Sequence record: PZ445551.1
Reading direction: 5' to 3' (one strand)
Origin: a phage
Length of the DNA stretch: 64,000 nt
Shown here: one piece after another, positions 54,082 through 63,120 of the stretch
Layout of the letters: every line of letters begins with the position of its first letter
Numbering within the stretch: position 1 is the first letter of the stretch
Program-made: the position numbers and the translations under genes
Notes under the pieces: model-generated
Database searches by the model: none
What the model was told of the DNA's origin: nothing
Seen by the model: the letters and a program-made list of their open reading frames with translations, nothing else

Positions 54082-54408
54082 TTACCAAACGTGTTGAGAA
54101 ATAATAGTTTCCGTTTCAATGTTATATTTTTCAAGAAGTTGTGCATAGGCTTCTTTTGCATTTTTATTTAGTTGCTCAAGATCTACAGCTACACTTCCTT
54201 CGCCACCTTCTAAATAAATGCCATATATGCAATAAGATTCATCAGCATCATAGAAAGGAGAGATACGACTTAAATCAAGACCTTCTTGTAAGAACCAGTT
54301 AAAGTCTCCATCAAATTCTTCTTCAATTCTAGGATCTTCTCCTACAGCTTCTTCCCATTTATTAAAAGGTGCGCCCTGTAACATACGCCATTCAATATTA
54401 GTCCCCAT
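54082..54408 (-). CDS. hypothetical acidic protein (108 aa)
   Basis: ORF in same-strand block. Confidence 0.55.
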   Translation of the reverse strand: MGTNIEWRMLQGAPFNKWEEAVGEDPRIEEEFDGDFNWFLQEGLDLSRISPFYDADESYCIYGIYLEGGEGSVAVDLEQLNKNAKEAYAQLLEKYNIETETIISQHVW

Positions 54409-54538
54409 TATCTTCCTCTTCTTCTTCAGTATGAACGAAACCTAAACCGTTACAATTCCAACAAGGAATAAATTGTTCCATACTAACAATAAAATTCCCA
54501 GTACCACCGCAGATAGGACAAATACTTACATCATCCAT
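54398..54538 (-). CDS. small zinc-ribbon protein (about 46 aa)
   Basis: Not in ORF track; CPICGGTG ... CWNCNGLG; overlaps downstream start. Confidence 0.4.
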   Translation of the reverse strand: MDDVSICPICGGTGNFIVSMEQFIPCWNCNGLGFVHTEEEEEDNGD

Positions 54539-54540
54539 TA

Positions 54541-54747
54541 TTAAAGCTCCTCAATCTTTTCTAACATCTGTTTTAACTCATTCTCTGTTAACAGAATTTC
54601 TGTGATACCATCATAAGTTTCTACCATCAGAGTAAAACATTTCTCTCCATCTGAACACACAAAAGCACCACCTTCATCTTCTGTTAAGTCAGAATTAATA
54701 TCTACATCAACAAAATCAATCATCTTTTTCTCCTTTGATAATTTCAA
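54541..54747 (-). CDS. hypothetical protein (68 aa)
   Basis: ORF in same-strand block. Confidence 0.5.
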   Translation of the reverse strand: MKLSKEKKMIDFVDVDINSDLTEDEGGAFVCSDGEKCFTLMVETYDGITEILLTENELKQMLEKIEEL

Positions 54748-54934
54748 ACTTGGCTACACCATTAACTATAATGTGACCGCAAGACATAACTCCTAGCCAA
54801 TGATCACCATTCTTTTTTAAACGTTTACCGTAAACATCACAGAAACCATTCTGTAATTCGGAAGCCTCATAAGAGGCTCCCTTTTCGAAAACGTCTTTGA
54901 AGTCAGAAATTAATCCAACACAAAGTAGTTTCAT
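54716..54934 (-). CDS. hypothetical protein (72 aa)
   Basis: ORF in same-strand block. Confidence 0.5.
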   Translation of the reverse strand: MKLLCVGLISDFKDVFEKGASYEASELQNGFCDVYGKRLKKNGDHWLGVMSCGHIIVNGVAKFEIIKGEKDD

Positions 54935-56019
54935 TAAAAGTCTAACTCCTCGTCATCACTTACATCTTTATTTGCTGAATTCAGTTTGTAAGCTGTAATT
55001 TGGATCTCCTGTGCTGCTGCTTGAATTTGATCTGGATTTAACCAAACATCCATCCAAGGCAGTGGACTTTTCTTCGGTGCACGGAATTTGTGTTTCATTT
55101 TCAGTCTGCGATAGATAGGCGCAGCATTGAAGTAAACCCAAAGTTTGAACAACTCTGCGTTACCACCAACGATAATCCTTCCTTCACTAAACAGATAGTC
55201 ACACCAATCTTCCTCTTGTCCAACTACCGTGTCAAGAATTTCTGTCAGAACGTCGATATTATCTTCGTATACTTTTCTCCAGACAGGATCTTTCAGCAGT
55301 GCATCAATAATAGCATAATCCATTTTAACGTGCAATAGTTCATCCAACATAATTTTTTGAATGAGTTTAGCTGCACCTACAAACAGTTGCTGCTCTGCTA
55401 AGGCAAATGTTGCAGCAAAAGATGATATGAATTGAATGCCTTCCAGACCGATAAGTGCAATCATTCCTTTCAGAATCAGTAGACGAAGGTTATCATCCTT
55501 CTCAATCAGACCTAGAGCATATTTATGCCCTGCCTCTGCCAGATCACTCATTATCTCTTCAACTATACCCATCCTCTGGAAGATTCTTTCGTTCTCCATA
55601 ATCTGATCGATAACTTCATTTGGATTAGGGATACACTGACGAATAATTTCAGAATATGTCAAAGCGTGTAAAACTTCCATTTCTGATTGCTTCATCATCA
55701 TTGCACATGCTTCGTTGTTGCTTAAAAATGGTGCAAACAAAGTGATGATTGATTTAGCAAGTGAATCATTTTCCCACTGGAAAGATAGGTTTTTGATCAT
55801 AACATCATAGTTGCTTTTAGAACAAGCTACGAAATCTTTTCGTGTCTGATCTAAGTTTACTTCGTTTTCATCCCAGTCTTGCTGTTTTTGTAGTTTGTAC
55901 AGACGATGCATTTCTGGGTATGTTACATTAATAGAATCAAAAATACCTAACTGTTCTCCCAAAAACACAGGGTAGAAACCTTCTTTGTAAGTGTCGTTGT
56001 ATAAGTTAATTGCTGCCAT
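54934..56019 (-). CDS. nrdB: ribonucleotide reductase class Ia beta subunit
   Basis: Length and C-terminal PWMDVWL...DDEELDF align with NrdB; adjacent to nrdA. Confidence 0.85.
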   Translation of the reverse strand: MAAINLYNDTYKEGFYPVFLGEQLGIFDSINVTYPEMHRLYKLQKQQDWDENEVNLDQTRKDFVACSKSNYDVMIKNLSFQWENDSLAKSIITLFAPFLSNNEACAMMMKQSEMEVLHALTYSEIIRQCIPNPNEVIDQIMENERIFQRMGIVEEIMSDLAEAGHKYALGLIEKDDNLRLLILKGMIALIGLEGIQFISSFAATFALAEQQLFVGAAKLIQKIMLDELLHVKMDYAIIDALLKDPVWRKVYEDNIDVLTEILDTVVGQEEDWCDYLFSEGRIIVGGNAELFKLWVYFNAAPIYRRLKMKHKFRAPKKSPLPWMDVWLNPDQIQAAAQEIQITAYKLNSANKDVSDDEELDF

Positions 56020-56027
56020 TTAAAAAT

Positions 56028-56048
56028 TCTCCTCAATAAAAAGGGGCC
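56028..56048 (-). terminator. hairpin + U-tract module upstream of nrdB SD
   Basis: GGGGTTTCGGCCCC then TTTTTTATT, SD GAGGAG on minus strand. Confidence 0.5.
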
Positions 56049-56063
56049 GAAACCCCTTGATGT

Positions 56064-56720
56064 TTAGCCTTGGAACACTGTTTTTGTTTCTGCCAAGTGA
56101 TAGTATAAATCTGCCTTGTTTATAAGAGTGTTGTATACCTCTTGACAAAAATGTTCTTCCTCTTTGTAACGATTCGCTGTTTCCCTGATCGACTTGGCTT
56201 TATCTTTTAACCAAGCGAAGTGTGCCTCTTCCTCTGTAGCGAAATAGCCTAAATGCTTGCTTTTGCTTCCAGAAGTTTTGGCATAAATCTTGCCATCTTT
56301 CCTAATATGCGCTCCGAGTAAGTATTTCCTTTTATGTCTCTTGGCATAACTTAAAAGTGTATTGATATAGGGAGGAACAAACCTACAATATTCAGGACAA
56401 TAGACAGTATTTCCCTCAAGAACAAGATCTTTGTCTAAAACAAAACCTTCGACATTGTGTTCTTGATACCAATTATCAAAATTTGAAAAAGTAAACCAAG
56501 CATCACAGACGGTAACATCTTTATACCCTGGTCTAATATCTTCCATCTTATATGCACGATGAAACATGCCTTTCCAAGCTGCATAGGAAGGGTCTATGAA
56601 TGTGTTAACCCTTTTCCCGTTGACAACGCCACCTTCCCACAATCTACGTTCAACATCCACAATCAAGGGGATTTCTCCCCTCTCTGTGAGAACAGTAACT
56701 TTACGTTTACCCTTCTTCAC
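56064..56720 (-). CDS. putative homing endonuclease (AP2-like DNA-binding segment) between nrdA and nrdB
   Basis: HLGYFATEEEAHFAW AP2-like segment; position matches intergenic homing-endonuclease insertions in T-even nrd loci. Confidence 0.45.
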   Translation of the reverse strand: MKKGKRKVTVLTERGEIPLIVDVERRLWEGGVVNGKRVNTFIDPSYAAWKGMFHRAYKMEDIRPGYKDVTVCDAWFTFSNFDNWYQEHNVEGFVLDKDLVLEGNTVYCPEYCRFVPPYINTLLSYAKRHKRKYLLGAHIRKDGKIYAKTSGSKSKHLGYFATEEEAHFAWLKDKAKSIRETANRYKEEEHFCQEVYNTLINKADLYYHLAETKTVFQG

Positions 56721-56728
56721 CTGTCCTC

Positions 56729-58993
56729 CTACATTTTACAGGCGCTACACCCCTCGTCTTCAGAATCTTCTTGAGCGAGTGAGGATGCCGATTTTGTTCT
56801 GCTATTTAGATAGTACAAAGATTTACCACCAAGTTTTGCAAACTGAAGAATATATTGCATTTCTGATTTAATGGATAAACGACCACCTTCCATCTTAGAG
56901 TAGTCAATCCACTTATCACATGATGCACCTTGATCTAAGAATTTAGTCAACAGGCCATATGCTTCAGCCATATCTTTATCTGGCGTATCCCAAGCCGATT
57001 GGTAAATATCTTTTAGTTTATCGTAATCTGGCACAATAAACAGAACATTACCTTTTTGGCTTTGTTTATAAACTATAGTATCACGTACAGGATACACAGA
57101 GTTAGTCGTATTACTTACAAGACTACTGGACTCATTTGGAGCAATAGCTGCTAATACGCTATTTCGGATACCACCTTGTGCAATGATATCTTGTCGTAAA
57201 CCTTCCCAATCCATTTTAAGTTTAAAATTGCCAATATCGTCTACAGCTTTAGCGTAGGTGTCAATAGGCAACCATCCTTCAGGCCATTTGGTTTTATGCA
57301 TCCATTCTGCATTACCTTTCTCTTTTGCCAAACGAAGAGAAGCTCTTGCTAACCAATAATAATGTCTTTCTGCTAATTCGTGAATTAGTTTTTTGCCGTA
57401 AGGATCTGAATAAGTAACAAAATTACTTGCCAGATAATGTGCAAGGTTTGTAATACCTACACCGATAGACCTACGTGCTTTAGCAGTGATTTCGTTATGT
57501 TTAAACGGATACTGCATTGTTTCAATAACATTATCAATAGTCAGAACGGTATAATATGCAACATCTTCATATTCTTCTGGTGTAACACGACCAGCTACAA
57601 TAGAAGACAGGAAGCATAATGCCAATTCTTGATCTTCTGTATTCTCACCTGTGAAAAGATCAGTCATATTGTGAAATGCTTTCGTAGGTAAGAAAATTTC
57701 TTGGCACAAGTTTGACTGGTAAATAACATCCTTAAACGGAGTATGTTTATTAGCATTATCCGCAAAGAACATATAAATACGTCCTGTCTCTGCTCTTTGT
57801 GTAATAATTTCTGCCAGAAGATCTCGTGCTTTTACAAACTTCTTCTTAATTCGTTTGCGACTAACTTTTTCATATACTTCTTCAAACTCTTCCTCGCTTT
57901 TATAAAGCGCCTCATAGAGTTCTGGTGCTTCGTCATAACTGACTAGCATCCAATCTTTACCTTTTGCTGCACGGCGCAGGAAAGCATTGTTTACTACAAT
58001 AGAGTAATCAAGTTTATCTACTCGTTTTTCACTAACAGTAGTTGGGTTTTTCAAACGTACCAGATCTTCAAAATCAGGTTCTAGTATTGTAAACGTTACT
58101 GTTGCACTTCCACCACGGCTTGCTTGTTTTGATGCTCCAACACTTGTTTCCATCCATTTCAGATATGGTAAAAGACCACCGTGAACGATACGGTTGTTCT
58201 TAACACCTTGTCCTGTAGCACGGGTTTGGAGGTTAACACCAATACCTGCATTATTCAATGTATATTCATGAGCAAGATAGTTAGCAATTGCTAAAGATTC
58301 TGCTGTATCATCTGCTCTAAACAGGCAACAAGAAGCACTACCTTTAATCTTAGTACGCAAAGTTGTTAAATAAGGTGATGGTAAGTTAATCTTAAGATCA
58401 CTTACGTAGGTATATAGACGTTTAATGTCTTCTACTCTGCGATCTTTTGGTTGAATTTCCATTACCTTCATTGCTACACCAATGAATAAAAACTGTGGTG
58501 ATTCAAAAACAACATCATTGATCGCATCTTTCACAAGATACTTATCAACCATCTGGCGCAGTACGGAATAACCATAAGTTAGGTTTTTATCGTGATTGAC
58601 AATTTTACCAATCTCAATAATTTCTTCTTCTGTATAATCCATTTTTCCCCAATAGCCTTTACTTACAGCCATATTGTAGAAATCCAGGAGGGAGGGGATA
58701 TTATGATATCCCCCATGAGCCTGTTTATAAATCATACCAAGAAGTAACCGACCTGCCATATCACTATATGCCTGATCTTTCTTATCAATACATGCTGCTA
58801 TCATAGCTTTATGTAAATCACGAGTAGGCACACCGTCGTAACAACGTTTAACAGCTTCAAGTTCAATTTCAGACCAATTTAATTTACCAGCAGCAAACTC
58901 TGACCATTTACGAAGTTTTTCTGGATTAAATTCTTCTTTCTTGCCGTTTGTTTTTGTTACATAACGGATAGATTTGCTTAGATACTGAGTCAC
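56729..58993 (-). CDS. nrdA: ribonucleotide reductase class Ia alpha subunit
   Basis: 754 aa; SNLCQEI, TGRIYMFF, C-terminal GCSACKM Cys pair; probable GTG start. Confidence 0.93.
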   Translation of the reverse strand: MTQYLSKSIRYVTKTNGKKEEFNPEKLRKWSEFAAGKLNWSEIELEAVKRCYDGVPTRDLHKAMIAACIDKKDQAYSDMAGRLLLGMIYKQAHGGYHNIPSLLDFYNMAVSKGYWGKMDYTEEEIIEIGKIVNHDKNLTYGYSVLRQMVDKYLVKDAINDVVFESPQFLFIGVAMKVMEIQPKDRRVEDIKRLYTYVSDLKINLPSPYLTTLRTKIKGSASCCLFRADDTAESLAIANYLAHEYTLNNAGIGVNLQTRATGQGVKNNRIVHGGLLPYLKWMETSVGASKQASRGGSATVTFTILEPDFEDLVRLKNPTTVSEKRVDKLDYSIVVNNAFLRRAAKGKDWMLVSYDEAPELYEALYKSEEEFEEVYEKVSRKRIKKKFVKARDLLAEIITQRAETGRIYMFFADNANKHTPFKDVIYQSNLCQEIFLPTKAFHNMTDLFTGENTEDQELALCFLSSIVAGRVTPEEYEDVAYYTVLTIDNVIETMQYPFKHNEITAKARRSIGVGITNLAHYLASNFVTYSDPYGKKLIHELAERHYYWLARASLRLAKEKGNAEWMHKTKWPEGWLPIDTYAKAVDDIGNFKLKMDWEGLRQDIIAQGGIRNSVLAAIAPNESSSLVSNTTNSVYPVRDTIVYKQSQKGNVLFIVPDYDKLKDIYQSAWDTPDKDMAEAYGLLTKFLDQGASCDKWIDYSKMEGGRLSIKSEMQYILQFAKLGGKSLYYLNSRTKSASSLAQEDSEDEGCSACKM

Positions 58994-59004
58994 TTCCTCT
59001 CCTA

Positions 59005-59265
59005 TTAATTATGCATATTTAGAACATCTACATCATAACCGCCACGCATCTCGTTATATAAGCCATTTGCGTATAGAAAACCTTCAAAATGATCTATACC
59101 TTCAAAACCTTTTGCCTTTGCTTTGCGGTCTGCTTCTTGTCTTTTTGGAGATAATCTTTTAGATGTATCAAGGATAACTGTTACATTGCAACCTAATGTT
59201 TCATCAAAATAGACTTCAATTTCACAGCCTTCATATTTATTACTTTCTGTCATTTGGCCTCTCAA
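59005..59265 (-). CDS. hypothetical protein (86 aa)
   Basis: ORF in same-strand block. Confidence 0.5.
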   Translation of the reverse strand: MRGQMTESNKYEGCEIEVYFDETLGCNVTVILDTSKRLSPKRQEADRKAKAKGFEGIDHFEGFLYANGLYNEMRGGYDVDVLNMHN

Positions 59266-59676
59266 TTAGAATTCAGAATCATCATCTCGTGATGGATCAT
59301 GTTCATTTCCGAAGTCTTCCATTTTGATATGAGAGCTACCCCAACCTGTAAAATCTTCTTCTCCAAAGTGCAAAATATCCACACCTTGATAGATTCGTTT
59401 ATATTTATAGTCTTGACGAACTGGGAAAGTATACAATGTAGTATTTGCAAACACCACACGTCGATTGTTGTTACTACGAATATTAACACCACGTTCTACT
59501 GTATAATGTCCATCGGTAGACATACCAAGCATTACTAATGCTGCTCGCAATGTAGTGTTATGATACTCGTGAGGAATTTTTCCTCCGTGCTTTTTAGCCA
59601 TTTCTTTCCAGATCGGTGTAGCCTTAATGGTAGACATACTTACGGTCGCCCAAATGGTTGTATTAATTAGTGACAT
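59266..59676 (-). CDS. hypothetical protein (136 aa)
   Basis: ORF in same-strand block. Confidence 0.55.
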   Translation of the reverse strand: MSLINTTIWATVSMSTIKATPIWKEMAKKHGGKIPHEYHNTTLRAALVMLGMSTDGHYTVERGVNIRSNNNRRVVFANTTLYTFPVRQDYKYKRIYQGVDILHFGEEDFTGWGSSHIKMEDFGNEHDPSRDDDSEF

Positions 59677-59773
59677 AAATTCTCCTTCTCTCTTTTAAGG
59701 AGAGCATAGCTCTCCTAACGTTAGCCTATACTACACGAATCTCAATTAAAAGTCAACTATAATTTTAAGTTGA

Positions 59774-60745
59774 TCACCATTTTGTATGGTTAGTCAAAAG
59801 TTGACGATGTTGAATCCAACCACAGAAGTTTCCACTCCACAAACGATGTTTACGATCCATATGTGTAATACCTTCTTCCCAAGAGGAAGGGAACGGAGGA
59901 ATATTAATACCACCTTTCTGTTGTTTTAATCCTGACAAATCCATTTCTTTCATTGGCGTTGCCTGGTGTTCAAACGGAGATGCATGTACCTTTTGTCCAG
60001 ACAGCAAACGAGAATAGATATCCAATGCTTTATCTTTAGTATCATTCAACTTACGATAACTTACCTGAGCGCAACAAGAAGCTGAAATAGCTTTTGCTTC
60101 ATCTTCTGTCAACATTTTCTCGTTGGAGAAGGTTTCACCCAAGAAATAACGGATCATACCAGTTTCTGGATCTCGATCACGATTAACGTAAGGTGTATGC
60201 CACTCCCCTGGGAAAAGAAGATATGGTTCAGAAGATTCATACAGTTTTTTAATTTCTTTAGCAAGAGCCTCAATAGTAGGATCTGCATCAGCATCTACGC
60301 GCAACCACAAGAAGTTTTCTAATTCTGTAGTGGTTACTACAGTCTTCATACGCTGGAATGGTTCTAGTAGTCGGTTTGCAACCTGTTTATGATAACCAGC
60401 AAGGGCAAACTCTTCTGCAAAACGTGCAGCACTTAGTGCAGCCAAGTCCCACCATTCTTTTGCAGTGTAACCTGCATCAATCAGGGCATCGTGATCTGTG
60501 CCTTTATCTTGCATACCTGGTTGGTTAGCACCAAAACGATAAGGACGTGCTGGAGATTGCCGTACCATTTCAATCAGGGTTTTAACAGGGATAGCTCGAC
60601 TTGATGCGGCATTACGAGAAAACAAACGATGCGTCATCAACTCAGAGTGAATGATTCGAGGATATTCAAGTTCAAAGGTAACAATATCCTTACCTTCAGA
60701 TGTTTGAGAGTGTGCAATAATTTTTGCTGAAATAGAATCTGTCAT
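59774..60745 (-). CDS. thyX: ThyX-like (flavin-dependent thymidylate synthase family) protein, divergent
   Basis: IVTFELEYPRIIHSELMTHRLFSRNAASSRA aligns to ThyX core but reads THR where canonical motif is RHR; 323 aa, longer than typical. Confidence 0.6.
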   Translation of the reverse strand: MTDSISAKIIAHSQTSEGKDIVTFELEYPRIIHSELMTHRLFSRNAASSRAIPVKTLIEMVRQSPARPYRFGANQPGMQDKGTDHDALIDAGYTAKEWWDLAALSAARFAEEFALAGYHKQVANRLLEPFQRMKTVVTTTELENFLWLRVDADADPTIEALAKEIKKLYESSEPYLLFPGEWHTPYVNRDRDPETGMIRYFLGETFSNEKMLTEDEAKAISASCCAQVSYRKLNDTKDKALDIYSRLLSGQKVHASPFEHQATPMKEMDLSGLKQQKGGINIPPFPSSWEEGITHMDRKHRLWSGNFCGWIQHRQLLTNHTKW

Positions 60746-60754
60746 TGTTTCTCC

Positions 60755-61345
60755 TTAAGGTAGTAAAATACTTTCAATTTCTTCCCACTGATTATCTAAA
60801 CCAGTGATAATTACATTAGGAAGTTTCTTTAACTCTTCCAAATATGGATCTTCGTAAATAGTGTTGAAATATATTTTCAACGTTTCATCTGGAAACAGGA
60901 CAAGATTTTCAGCCCTATCATCAATAGTTACGTCGCAAGGCAATAAGTATTTTTCTTTTGTTGCGAAAAAACCATTACCAGATGTTCTACTAAAATCCAC
61001 TTTATCTAAAGACCGTGTTACGTGTCTATATTTAGAACTAAGGTGTCCACCCTTAGTGTGGCTTGCTATAGATATATTAGCTCCATTTGCAATTATACGA
61101 TGAACAACATCTGTACTATTAGGTACTACTCCCATAGTATCATATAGATGTTGGTTATCCCAAAAAGAGTAAGGATCAACACCAAATTGCTTTTTAAAAT
61201 CAGGGAAATATTTCGTAATATCATAATGCACAGTTTTATGTGTATTATCAAATTTGATATTAGATCTACTTACCGCATTTAACCAATTTAACCACTCTAT
61301 ATCCGCAGGAGCTATTACTAAATCCCAATCACATACTAGACGCAT
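60755..61345 (-). CDS. putative 5'(3')-deoxyribonucleotidase-like HAD-family protein
   Basis: Start refined to MRLVCDWDLVIAP with SD AGGAG; C-terminal LPCDVTIDDRAENL resembles NT5C-type motif. Confidence 0.45.
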   Translation of the reverse strand: MRLVCDWDLVIAPADIEWLNWLNAVSRSNIKFDNTHKTVHYDITKYFPDFKKQFGVDPYSFWDNQHLYDTMGVVPNSTDVVHRIIANGANISIASHTKGGHLSSKYRHVTRSLDKVDFSRTSGNGFFATKEKYLLPCDVTIDDRAENLVLFPDETLKIYFNTIYEDPYLEELKKLPNVIITGLDNQWEEIESILLP

Positions 61346-61892
61346 TATTTCTCCTGTTATAACATTTTCTACACATTGTTTCGTAAATGTCTTCTCCCCC
61401 AATAACAATCTGTTCTTTAGAGTCGATAAGTCTAGCATTGAAAATAGCTTTTCTTCCACATTTACAAATGCTTTTCAATTCTGTAATTGAATCTGCTATG
61501 GCTAATAACCGTTCAGAACCTTCAAACAATTCTGTAGCAAAATCTGTTTTAAGTCCATAACAGAATACAGGAATATCGTAATTATCTACCACATCTCCAA
61601 GAATGTCAACCATATCTTTAGTTAGGAATTGTGATTCGTCCACAAATACTGCATCTACTGGATTTTCTTTAAGCTGTGTATAAATTTCCAGCATATCTTC
61701 TTTTGTTTTAACTGGTTTTGCTTCCTCTTTAATACCTATCCTAGAAGCAATAGCACTACCAGATCTGGTATCTAAAGCTGAAGTTAAAAGAAGAACTTTC
61801 ATATTTCTTTCTTTATAGTTCCAAGCTGTTTGTAGAAGATGTGTGCTTTTACCACTGTTCATTGGACTATATCGGAAATAAAGTTTAGCCAT
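61329..61892 (-). CDS. tdk: thymidine kinase
   Basis: MAKLYFRYSPMNSGKST, FVDESQFL, CYGLKTDF, CKCGRKA...CRKCY. Confidence 0.93.
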   Translation of the reverse strand: MAKLYFRYSPMNSGKSTHLLQTAWNYKERNMKVLLLTSALDTRSGSAIASRIGIKEEAKPVKTKEDMLEIYTQLKENPVDAVFVDESQFLTKDMVDILGDVVDNYDIPVFCYGLKTDFATELFEGSERLLAIADSITELKSICKCGRKAIFNARLIDSKEQIVIGGEDIYETMCRKCYNRRNNASSM

Positions 61893-61937
61893 ATTTTCTC
61901 CTCTAACGCTCCCATTTGTGGGAGCGATAATACTTTA

Positions 61938-62513
61938 TTATTTCTCTTCGTCAAGAAGAATTTTTACTATCTGTTTTCTTCGCTTATTTACTGTACTTTC
62001 TGGTGAAATTCCGCGCTTCGTTAGCCAATTTTTATCCTTTTTAGACTGGCACAAAGCTATCGCTTCCTTCTCCGCTTTTGCTTCCCTGAATGTCATATCG
62101 TGCTTGTCAGCATAAGCCAGGATAGCGTTACACTGCTTACAAACTACACGCAGGTCGTCTTCTGTTACATACAATAGGCGTAAAACAAAACTTGGGATAT
62201 CTTCATAACAGGTTAATGTACCTGCTGCATTAATATGGTCTACTTGAAAGTCTTTCATACCTCCTGTGTGTCCACACAATTCACATTTACAATTCCAAAC
62301 CTGTTTCGGTTTGCCTGTTTTCTTATCTAAAACTATATTGCCATCTTTATCCAATCTATCGGCTTTAAATCGTACAGATTGGATCTTTTTTATCTTATTC
62401 GGGTGTCTCACCCATGCTTTCCTTAAGCAACCCCTTAAATATGTATAAAAGGCTGCTTGAGTTTTCCAAGGTGTTCCATCTCCCCAAATAACTTTAGGTT
62501 CTTTATTTTCCAA
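61938..62513 (-). CDS. HNH endonuclease
   Basis: CELCGHTGGMKDFQVDHINAAG ... VVCKQCNAI HNH motif. Confidence 0.65.
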   Translation of the reverse strand: MENKEPKVIWGDGTPWKTQAAFYTYLRGCLRKAWVRHPNKIKKIQSVRFKADRLDKDGNIVLDKKTGKPKQVWNCKCELCGHTGGMKDFQVDHINAAGTLTCYEDIPSFVLRLLYVTEDDLRVVCKQCNAILAYADKHDMTFREAKAEKEAIALCQSKKDKNWLTKRGISPESTVNKRRKQIVKILLDEEK

Positions 62514-62697
62514 TAGTGCTCACCTTTTTAGCTACATAATCTCCAGGTGGAATGTTATACTTAAAGAAAAGCATACGGTCTAAACCAGCCTTACACATGT
62601 TTTCTGGGATTGTGATTGTATATAAGAGTTTATCTCCACGTTTATTGTATATTTTATATACTTCACCCTCTCCGTATTGTTTACCGTGAGAAGCCAT
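62503..62697 (-). CDS. hypothetical protein (64 aa)
   Basis: ORF in same-strand block. Confidence 0.5.
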   Translation of the reverse strand: MASHGKQYGEGEVYKIYNKRGDKLLYTITIPENMCKAGLDRMLFFKYNIPPGDYVAKKVSTIGK

Positions 62698-63082
62698 CTA
62701 CACTCTCCTTCAATTGTTCAATAGCATCTGCTGCTTCAATGTACTTACCTTTATACATTGCTTTTAAAGCCTTACGAACAAGATCATCGTCTGTGTATAA
62801 ATCAATTAGCTGGTTAGCTAACTCAATTTTTACAGGGTTTTTTAGATTAGGGTAGGCTTCATACAACATATTGTAATACTTATCACTTAATTCTTTTTCA
62901 ATATGAATAACGTGAATCGCTTTGTTTAGGTTGATCACACGATCACCTTTGTTTCGACAAGCATACTTAGCTAACTTAGTGAAACAAGGAGTTGCACCAA
63001 TTAGATATGCAAGTTCCAAAGGTTGCATACGCATACGTTTGTAGTGATCACCATCAATTTGAATATCCAGTGCTGTAGTCAT
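62681..63082 (-). CDS. hypothetical protein (133 aa)
   Basis: Preceded by hairpin + T-run + SD GGAGGA on minus strand. Confidence 0.55.
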   Translation of the reverse strand: MTTALDIQIDGDHYKRMRMQPLELAYLIGATPCFTKLAKYACRNKGDRVINLNKAIHVIHIEKELSDKYYNMLYEAYPNLKNPVKIELANQLIDLYTDDDLVRKALKAMYKGKYIEAADAIEQLKESVDGFSR

Positions 63083-63095
63083 AAATCCTCCAAAA

Positions 63096-63118
63096 ATAAA
63101 GGGGCTTTCGCCCCTTTT
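63096..63118 (-). terminator. hairpin + U-tract module upstream of SD
   Basis: GGGGCGAAAGCCCC then TTTATTTTT on minus strand. Confidence 0.5.
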
Positions 63119-63120
63119 TA

